Below, piece by piece: positions 57,103 through 64,000 of a stretch of DNA of 64,000 bases. Below the pieces are notes generated by a model. The model worked only from the letters and a program-made list of their open reading frames with translations, did no database searches and had not been told where the DNA came from. A program made the translations under genes and the position numbers. Position 1 is the first letter of the stretch. Each line of letters starts with the position of its first letter. This DNA comes from Patescibacteria group bacterium (GTDB lineage Bacteria; Patescibacteriota; Patescibacteriia; JAHJFT01), in assembly GCA_028710985.1 (NCBI GenBank), contig JAQTTB010000001.1:88021-152020 (forward strand), in the 5' to 3' direction.

Positions 57103-58506
57103 TTATTTTTTTCCTTTTTTTATTGAAATATGAGCCTCGTCAAGCTGCTCTTTCGAAATCGGGCTCGGCGCCCCGACCGTAAGATCGCGCGCATCGCCGG
57201 TTTTGGGAAACGCGATTGCTTCACGCAGGCTTTCTTCGCCGATTAGCGCCATAAGAAGCCGGTCAATGCCCGACGCGATGCCGCCATGGGGCGGCGCGCC
57301 GTAGCGGAAAGCCTCAAGCATGTGATTGAAATATTCCTTGTCGCTTTTGCTGAAACCGATAAGGTCGAAAATCTTGGTCTGCATCGCCGGATCATGAATG
57401 CGCAGGCCTCCCCCGCCGACTTCAAATCCGTTGAGTACCAAATCCATCTGATAGGATTTTACGCGTTCCGGATTCTTGTCCAGCATGGTTATATCTTCGT
57501 CTTTCGGGCGCGTAAACATGTGATGAGCCGGCGCGAAATGTCCGTTTTCCTTCTCCGGCTCAAAGAGCGGCCAATCCACCACCCATGTAAAGGCAAGTTC
57601 TTGCGGATTTTCTTTGTTCGTGCGCAAATCCGGCTTGTCGGATTTATATTTTTTCATGCACTCCTCCCAGGTCAGCCTGGGAAATTTATCAAATGTTAAT
57701 TTTTTGTCCGGAAAAACCTTTTTCACGAGCCCGAGCATCAGCTCTTCCACGAGATCCATGATTTCATCCTGCTGCACAAAAGACATTTCCATATCAAGCT
57801 GATAGAATTCCCCCGGGCTGCGGTCGGCACGCGCATCTTCGTCGCGCAGGCAAAGCGCGACCTGATAGTAGCGCTCCATTCCGGCCACCATCAGAAGCTG
57901 TTTGTACTGCTGCGGCGACTGCGGCAGCGCGTAAAATTCTCCGGCGTGCAGGCGCGACGGCACGATAAAATCCCTCGCCCCCTCCGGAGTGGATTTCGTG
58001 AGAATCGGCGTCGCGATCTCAATAAAATCGCACGCGTTCAAAAACTCGCGCATGTAAGTGATCGCTTGGTGGCGTTTTTTGATATTTTTTGCCATGCGCT
58101 CGCTCCGCAGATCCAAATACCGGTATTTAAGGCGCAGTTCCTCGTTCACGCCGCGCGTGTCTTTATCAACCTCAAACGGCGGAGTTTCCGAGGCATTCAA
58201 AATCTTCAGGTTTTTAGCCAAAATTTCAACATTCCCGGTCGCCAGATTCGGATTTTTATTTTTTTCATTTCTCTCCTGAACCACGCCTTCGATCGTAATC
58301 ACATATTCCGGCCGAAGATCGCCGACGGATTTTTTTGAATCCTCATCGAGCTCGGAAGGCACGAAAACAACCTGAATTATCCCCTTTCGGTCGCGAAGAT
58401 CGATGAAAGTAATTTTTCCCAAATCGCGGCGCGCATTCACCCAGCCGCATAGCGTTATGCGTTCACCGATAAGTTTTGCCGCATCGGCCGACAATATTCT
58501 TGCCAT
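57103..58506 (-). CDS. aspS: Aspartate--tRNA ligase, bacterial type lacking the GAD insertion
   Basis: RYLDLR, TPEGARDF, QSPQQYKQ, APPHGGIASG; 467 aa. Confidence 0.95.
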   Translation of the reverse strand: MARILSADAAKLIGERITLCGWVNARRDLGKITFIDLRDRKGIIQVVFVPSELDEDSKKSVGDLRPEYVITIEGVVQERNEKNKNPNLATGNVEILAKNLKILNASETPPFEVDKDTRGVNEELRLKYRYLDLRSERMAKNIKKRHQAITYMREFLNACDFIEIATPILTKSTPEGARDFIVPSRLHAGEFYALPQSPQQYKQLLMVAGMERYYQVALCLRDEDARADRSPGEFYQLDMEMSFVQQDEIMDLVEELMLGLVKKVFPDKKLTFDKFPRLTWEECMKKYKSDKPDLRTNKENPQELAFTWVVDWPLFEPEKENGHFAPAHHMFTRPKDEDITMLDKNPERVKSYQMDLVLNGFEVGGGGLRIHDPAMQTKIFDLIGFSKSDKEYFNHMLEAFRYGAPPHGGIASGIDRLLMALIGEESLREAIAFPKTGDARDLTVGAPSPISKEQLDEAHISIKKGKK

Positions 58507-58629
58507 ATTTTTATTTTATTAGTGGCCCCGATGACTATCGGGGCAATTATGTTTGATAAGGTCGGCGGAGCCGACACTTTGTCTAAAAAACCCGCCCTGA
58601 TACCCTGCGGCCCTGCCGCAGGGGCGGGT

Positions 58630-59925
58630 TTATGGATTGAGTCTGTTTATCATTCTTGGGAAGGGAATCGTCTCTCTCACGTGCTTGAGCCCGCAAATCC
58701 ACGCCACGACCCGTTCAAGCCCGAGTCCAAAGCCCGAGTGCGGCACCGATCCGTACCGGCGCAAATCCAGATACCATTCAAAATCCTTGCGCGATAATTT
58801 ATATTCTTCCAGCCTTTTCACGAGTGTTTCGTAATCCTCTTCGCGCTCCGACCCGCCGATTATCTCGCCGTAGCCTTCCGGCGCAAGCAAATCCGAGCAC
58901 AATACCCTTTCCGGATCCTCGGGATCACGCTTCATGTAGAACGCCTTGACCGCGGCCGGATATTTTTCAATAAAAACCGGCTTGTCGTATTTTTCGGATA
59001 ATTTTGTCTCATCATCGCCGCCCAAATCCGCGCCCTCGGCAATGTCCGAACCAAGTTCGCGGACGCGCGCCACCGCCTCTTTATGCGTCAACCGGTAAAA
59101 TGGCGCCTCCACTTTTCGCAACGGCTCAATATCGCGTTCAAGTATGGCAAGTTCCGGGCTGTTTGTCTCAATCACTCTCTGCACGATGTGGCTCAGAAGT
59201 TTTTCCTGAATTTCCATGCTTCCGGCATGATGCACCCAGGCCATCTCCGCGTCCATCATCCAGAATTCGGTAAGATGGCGGCGGGTCTTGGATTTTTCGG
59301 CGCGGAAAACCGGGCCAAAATCGTAAACCGAACCGTGCGCGAAAATCGCCGACTCGCTATAGAGCTGTCCGGACTGCGAAAGATAGGCCTTGCCCAGATC
59401 GAAATAATCCATTTCAAAAAGCTCGGTCGTGTTCTCGCATGAAGTCGGGGTCAATATCGGGGAATCGATTTTTACAAACCCGTTATCATTAAGCCAGCCC
59501 ATCATGGCGTTGATTATCGTGTCGCGGATCCTCATCACCGCCCATTGCCGTTTTGACCGGAGCCAGAGGTGGCGGTTGTCCAGAAGAAAATCCGGGCCGT
59601 GTTCTTTTTTGGAAATGGGGTACTCTTCGGCAATCTGCACGATTTCAAGCTGGCTTGCATGCAGTTCAAATTCTCCGGCCCGCTTTGGATGAGCCGCGAC
59701 GCGGCCGCCGATCTTTAAGGATGTTTCAATGGTAATTTTTTCGGCCGCGTCCCAAACTTCAGCCGAAACGCTCCCCTTGTCAACAATTGCCTGGCAGAAT
59801 CCTGAACCGTCGCGCAGTTCCAGAAAAATCAAAGAACCGGACGAACGCAAATTCGCCGCCCAACCCCAAATTTCCACTTCTTTGTCGTTAAAATCCGAAA
59901 GTTGAAAAATTTTTACCAGTTCCAT
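58630..59925 (-). CDS. asnS: Asparagine--tRNA ligase
   Basis: RHLWLR, YLSQSGQLY, RHLTEFW, PHSGFGLGLER. Confidence 0.95.
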   Translation of the reverse strand: MELVKIFQLSDFNDKEVEIWGWAANLRSSGSLIFLELRDGSGFCQAIVDKGSVSAEVWDAAEKITIETSLKIGGRVAAHPKRAGEFELHASQLEIVQIAEEYPISKKEHGPDFLLDNRHLWLRSKRQWAVMRIRDTIINAMMGWLNDNGFVKIDSPILTPTSCENTTELFEMDYFDLGKAYLSQSGQLYSESAIFAHGSVYDFGPVFRAEKSKTRRHLTEFWMMDAEMAWVHHAGSMEIQEKLLSHIVQRVIETNSPELAILERDIEPLRKVEAPFYRLTHKEAVARVRELGSDIAEGADLGGDDETKLSEKYDKPVFIEKYPAAVKAFYMKRDPEDPERVLCSDLLAPEGYGEIIGGSEREEDYETLVKRLEEYKLSRKDFEWYLDLRRYGSVPHSGFGLGLERVVAWICGLKHVRETIPFPRMINRLNP

Positions 59926-60174
59926 ATCGAAAATTTATGCTTAGATTATACATTTTTTTGCGTTTTTCGTCAAAAATTGCCGTCCTCGCCCGCCACACCA
60001 AAATTTTGGCTAATTTTAGCAAAAAAAGACGGTTCTGCAAATAGACGGGGTTCTTCGCCAGAGGCGAATCTGCCTCAGGCATGACCCAATGCCTCCATGA
60101 ATAAAACTCGCTTGGATGAAAAAACGTAAATGTAGGAGCAGGTCTTGCGCCTGCCCCCATTCGTTTGTCATCAT

Positions 60175-60202
60175 GTAGGGGTTGATTGCAATCAACCCCT
60201 AC
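60175..60202. repeat. GTAG-type REP palindrome
   Basis: GTAGGGGTTGATTGCAATCAACCCCTAC; a degenerate relative starts at 60132. Confidence 0.82.
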
Positions 60203-60320
60203 GAAATGCGGTTGCTCCAAAATGCGCACACAAAAATAAAAAAAATTCCCGCGCAGACAGAATGTCCACGCAGGAAAAAGCGTACGCGTCCAAGGGCCAA
60301 GAGACCAAGGGACCGAGAGC

Positions 60321-60938
60321 CTACTCGCAGAAAGCAAGGAAACGGCAGGGCCCGTACCACCGGATGCCGCCCCAGCCCCAGTCCAGGTCGAGCTCGCGCC
60401 CGCCATCGCTCCCGCCAAGATACGGGAAGCGGCGGTAGCCGTCCGCACTGACCCACGAGGAGCCGAGGCCGACAATGGGGAACTTCCTCTGCTCATCCGG
60501 GTACGCAGCACCGAAGGCGAGAATGCCTTCTATATCTGCCGGCTTGAGGCCGCGGAGCTTCATCTCCACGAGCGCCTCGTCCGTGGTTGCCTCGCGGCCG
60601 AGGTGGACGAGAACGAGCTTGCGCAAGACTTTGCCCTTGCCCGAGATTGGGAAGTGCTCGGCCGTGATGTCCGAGTTCACGAAGTCGTAGTCGCCGACGG
60701 CGATCATCTCGGCGAGAGACTTGGAGTAGTCCACGGTGACCGAGAATGAATCGGCGACCGCAGCCACGGTCTTGCGCACGATGAGGCTGGCCATGCTCTC
60801 CACGAGCTCTGGCTCGTTGAGTATGCGCCGCAAGTCCTCATCGCCGCCGCCCTTCGCGAGCACGGCGTCTATGAGCTTCTTCAGCATCTCATAGCCCGTA
60901 CCTAATCCGCTCAAGAACTCGCTCTTTTTCCGTGCCAT
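60321..60938 (-). CDS. Orphan protein with a possible C-type-lectin-like C-terminus
   Basis: SD GAGGTG; promoter TTGACA-17-TATTAT; C-terminus RELDLDWGWGGIRWYGPCRFLAF. Confidence 0.7.
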   Translation of the reverse strand: MARKKSEFLSGLGTGYEMLKKLIDAVLAKGGGDEDLRRILNEPELVESMASLIVRKTVAAVADSFSVTVDYSKSLAEMIAVGDYDFVNSDITAEHFPISGKGKVLRKLVLVHLGREATTDEALVEMKLRGLKPADIEGILAFGAAYPDEQRKFPIVGLGSSWVSADGYRRFPYLGGSDGGRELDLDWGWGGIRWYGPCRFLAFCE

Positions 60939-61083
60939 CTTACACCTCATGCTCCGTTTTCCTCCGGAGCTATCTTGGCCTACCCCTTATCCAACGCACC
61001 ATGCGCCAGACCTAAGGCTTGCCGTGCAAAGAACAAATAATACGCAATAATATCATGGTTTAGCCAAATTGTCAAGACCTTTA

Positions 61084-61740
61084 CGTCATTCCCTCCCCCG
61101 CTTTCGCGAGGGTAAACTCCAGCGGGAATCTTGCTAAAAAATCTTGGTGTCATCTGTCATTCCCGCGAAGGCGGGAATCCAAGTTCAATATACCGGGGGA
61201 ATCCTATTGAATATTATCGTACAAATCGCTCCAGAGAGGATTAAAATCTTCAATTATTCTAATTTTCCAATTACGTTTCCATTTTTTTAATTGTTTTTCC
61301 CGTAATATGGCCTCCTCAATATTATCGAATATTTCATAATAGACAAGTTTGTGCACGCCATATTGAGCCGTGAATATGCTATCTTCTCCTTGCTTATGCT
61401 CAAGAACTCGGCGCTTAAGATTATTCGTTACACCGATATAAAGAGTACCGTTTCTGTCGCTTGCGAGGATATAAATATAGAATTGTCGATAATCGGGCAT
61501 TTGTGCGATTGATGTATCTTGGCGGCTTATAGTATCTGGATTCCCGCCTTCGCGGGAATGACGGATGTGCGGTTTATTTTTATCCGTTGCAACTAAATAA
61601 ATTACCATGGGCATGGATTCCCGCTGGAGTTTACCCTCGCGAAAGCGGGGGCGGGAATGACGATAGGTTGAATAGTGTTTCTACCGTCTAAATTCCCGCC
61701 GGAGCCTGTAGTACATATGCGAATGGGGCGGGAATGACAG
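61084..61740. mobile_element. GIY-YIG nuclease cassette bracketed by inverted GTCATTCCC...GGGAAT palindromes
   Basis: 61084-61130 inverted at 61616-61662; 61151-61181 inverted at 61537-61567; extra copy at 61692-61740. Confidence 0.7.
61204..61500 (-). CDS. Solo GIY-YIG nuclease (YhbQ/UPF0213-like), 98 aa
   Basis: FYIYILAS...LYIGVTNNLKRRVLEH...AILREKQLKKWKRNWK; start reassigned to MPDY. Confidence 0.92.
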   Translation of the reverse strand: MPDYRQFYIYILASDRNGTLYIGVTNNLKRRVLEHKQGEDSIFTAQYGVHKLVYYEIFDNIEEAILREKQLKKWKRNWKIRIIEDFNPLWSDLYDNIQ

Positions 61741-61772
61741 AGAGATGCGTTCCAATATACTCCCTTCCCACC

Positions 61773-62546
61773 CTAAGCAAACACCTCGTAAAAATATGCC
61801 TCGCTCTTGAGCTCGCGGTCCAGATGATATTTTAAGAATTCATCAATCGCTAAGTCCAAAACCCGGGCGGTTTGCGGCATAATATACGACTCAAGCGTGG
61901 CCGTAAAGCCCTGGCAGGTGAATTCGCGGAGAGTATTGATCGCCTCCCCGCTTATCGCGATCTGCCCCAGTATGCGTCCGCCGAGCCGCTCGGAACAAAC
62001 CGGACAAACAACGCCGCCGCGGGCCGCATTGAAAAAATATCCCTCTCCTTCCGCTTCCTTGCGGCAATCCAGGCAGCGCGAAAGCTCGGGTTCATAGCCC
62101 AGAAAACCGAGCAGCTTCAGGGAAAAAATCCGCGCCACCATAAAACTTCGTTCCCGGAGCAGATGGTTCTGCTCCACGATTTCCATGAGCTCGCGCGTGA
62201 GGTTAAAAATGCGCTCATCCGGCTGGCCGGCGCTTATGAGCTTATCCAGCACCTCAAAACAATACGTCATGAGCGCGATGCCCTCGAGCCGTGCGTGCGT
62301 TGCCGTAAAATTATGAATTCGTTCGCTCCCGGCAAGCTTGTCAATCTGGCGGCCGCGCGCGATCATTACATCCGTGATAATAAACGGCTCAAGATGCGCC
62401 GCCATGCGGCTCTGGAAACGCCGCGACCCGCGCGCCACGGCCTGGATCTTTCCGGCTTCGCGCGTATACAAAGTATAGAGCCGGTCGTATTCGCGCCACG
62501 GCTCTTTTTTTATCACGATTGATTCGGTGCGGAAAGTTGATGGCAT
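61773..62546 (-). CDS. recO: DNA repair protein RecO
   Basis: EYDRLYTLYTREAGKI, LGYEPELSRC, CPVC. Confidence 0.93.
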   Translation of the reverse strand: MPSTFRTESIVIKKEPWREYDRLYTLYTREAGKIQAVARGSRRFQSRMAAHLEPFIITDVMIARGRQIDKLAGSERIHNFTATHARLEGIALMTYCFEVLDKLISAGQPDERIFNLTRELMEIVEQNHLLRERSFMVARIFSLKLLGFLGYEPELSRCLDCRKEAEGEGYFFNAARGGVVCPVCSERLGGRILGQIAISGEAINTLREFTCQGFTATLESYIMPQTARVLDLAIDEFLKYHLDRELKSEAYFYEVFA

Positions 62547-62950
62547 TAAATTTTATCAAGATATCCCTGCAGAATCAGCATTGCCGCGACCGCGTCCTTT
62601 TTTTCTTTTGGGTATTTTTGCCCGGCTAATAATTTTTCAACCTGAGCCGATGTAAACCGCTCATCCTGCTCACGGACCGGTACGGGAGATGCGGCGCCAA
62701 GCCGCGCGATGAAATCCGAAATAATTTTTTCCTGCTCGCCGGGCGCGCCCGTGTCTTCTCCGAGCGAATACGGCATGCCGACCACGATCTCGCCGATATC
62801 TTCGTCCTTAATAATTCGCGTTAATTTATCAAGCACTGCTTCCACGCCCGGATTATCCAGAACCGTAAAAGGAACCGCGATTTTTGTTTCGCTGTCCCCG
62901 AACGCAAGCCCGATTCTTTTTCCCCCGTAATCAATCCCCAGGTATCGCAT
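62546..62950 (-). CDS. ruvX: YqgF/RuvX family nuclease
   Basis: LGIDYGGKRIGLA, VVGMP, DERFTS, AAMLILQ. Confidence 0.94.
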   Translation of the reverse strand: MRYLGIDYGGKRIGLAFGDSETKIAVPFTVLDNPGVEAVLDKLTRIIKDEDIGEIVVGMPYSLGEDTGAPGEQEKIISDFIARLGAASPVPVREQDERFTSAQVEKLLAGQKYPKEKKDAVAAMLILQGYLDKI

Positions 62951-62955
62951 ATATG

Positions 62956-63738
62956 TTAATCGATAAATGGCGTAATCACTTTTCTGCCGCGCTCCGTCAC
63001 CACAACCGTCACTTCCGCGTGGGCCGATAAATTTCCGTCCGCCGCCACGATTGTCCATCCGTCCGGCCGGGTTTTAATCCTATGGTCGCCCATCGTAAGC
63101 ATGGGCTCAATGGCGAGGCACATGCCCGGCTCAAGCAAAATGTCGGAAAGCGACGGATCATCGTAATTCGGTACGCGCGGCGACTCATGCACCGCGTATC
63201 CCACGCCATGGCCGGTCAAATCGCGCACGATTCCAAATCCGTATCTCGTGGCATGTCTTTCAATCGTACGGCCGATATCGCCGAGATAGGCGCCCGGACG
63301 CACTGTCTTTACCGCGCGCCGGAGCGCCTGGCGCGTCGCGGCAATAAGCCGGCGAACCGATTGCGGCGGCCGTCCCAGATAAAACGTAACGGCCATGTCC
63401 GTAAAAAGCCCTTTATATTTTGCGCCGAAATCCAGGCTGACAAGATCGCCTTTCCGGAGAACGCGGTTCGGCACCGACAGGCCGTGCACAATTTCTTCGT
63501 TGATGGAAATGCAGATTGCGCCCGGATATCCTTCGCGCTCGCCGGACGGCCGGTAATTTAAAAAAGACGGCTCCGCGCCGCGCTTCGCGAGCTCGGCGCG
63601 GGCGAACATCTCGAGATCCTCTGTTCCGGATCCGGGCACCGCGCGCTCCCTGATCGCTTTAAGCGCCTCCGAAAGAATGCGGCCGCCCTCGGCCAATATC
63701 GCGATCTCTTCCGCCGATTTTTTAGTTACGTATGCCAT
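62956..63738 (-). CDS. map: Methionine aminopeptidase type I
   Basis: CISINEEIVHG, TGHGVG, HESP, AIEPM, SAHAE. Confidence 0.96.
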   Translation of the reverse strand: MAYVTKKSAEEIAILAEGGRILSEALKAIRERAVPGSGTEDLEMFARAELAKRGAEPSFLNYRPSGEREGYPGAICISINEEIVHGLSVPNRVLRKGDLVSLDFGAKYKGLFTDMAVTFYLGRPPQSVRRLIAATRQALRRAVKTVRPGAYLGDIGRTIERHATRYGFGIVRDLTGHGVGYAVHESPRVPNYDDPSLSDILLEPGMCLAIEPMLTMGDHRIKTRPDGWTIVAADGNLSAHAEVTVVVTERGRKVITPFID

Positions 63739-64000
63739 GCTTCTTTAACTTTGAAACAATTTCCTGAAAAACTTTTGCAATGCTCTGTTCGCCGTCTATC
63801 TTAATAAGCACGCCGCGCTTTTCGTAAAAATCAATCAGCGGCTCGGTCTGCAGGTGGTACACGGCAAGCCGTGTTTTAATCACCTCGGGCGTACTGTCTT
63901 CGCGCTGGATAAGCTTGCCGCCGCATTTATCGCAAAGCCCGGCCGACTTGGGTTTTTTATAAACAATATTGTAGGTTGCGCCGCAGCCGCGGCAGACCCG
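63722..64000 (-). CDS. adk: Adenylate kinase, 3' part
   Basis: Manual translation CRGCGATYN...CDKCGGKLIQREDS...RLAVYHLQTEPLIDFY; adk-map order. Confidence 0.9.
   Translation of the reverse strand, partial: RVCRGCGATYNIVYKKPKSAGLCDKCGGKLIQREDSTPEVIKTRLAVYHLQTEPLIDFYEKRGVLIKIDGEQSIAKVFQEIVSKLKKHGIRN

Noticed and set aside
61501-61614. N-terminal extension of the GIY-YIG ORF (RHSREGGNP)
   Set aside because: Translation of the flanking palindrome; the nuclease domain starts at MPDY
1-64000. Alternative genetic code 25 (TGA=Gly)
   Set aside because: TGA ends several genes at expected positions (e.g. ppsA, parB) and core genes are full length under code 11

Overview
A 64-kb bacterial chromosome segment (standard code, TGA read as stop) that looks like Patescibacteria/CPR, probably an ABY1/Parcubacteria-type lineage. 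That call is inferred from tight gene packing, core genes without Shine-Dalgarno (SD) sites, VirB2/TrbC-like pilin fusions, a GAD-less AspRS and the tmRNA tag. Most of it is housekeeping: smpB-tmRNA-infC-rpmI-rplT, ppsA-pyk-htrA-nrdR-ftsZ-ftsA, hisS-lepB, der-pth-dprA-topA, rel, parAB, scpAB, aspS/asnS, recO-ruvX-map-adk and 5 tRNAs. It also carries a 3205-aa pilin-anchored Cys-rich adhesin and three GC-rich Cys/Asp-rich secreted proteins at the left end. Two patterns are not explained by gene annotation. (1) Several families of 16-50 bp palindromic micro-elements sit inside duplicated fragments of tmRNA, tRNA-Asp and tRNA-Val, inside terminator hairpins, and in frame in a protein; a solo GIY-YIG nuclease bracketed by inverted palindrome pairs is a candidate mobiliser. 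(2) Expression signals come in two classes: core genes lack SD sites, while rpsU (bS21) and a set of orphan genes have strong ones, and most of the orphans also have a TTGACA promoter and a boxA-like motif. All counts and coordinates were read by eye; no database searches were run.
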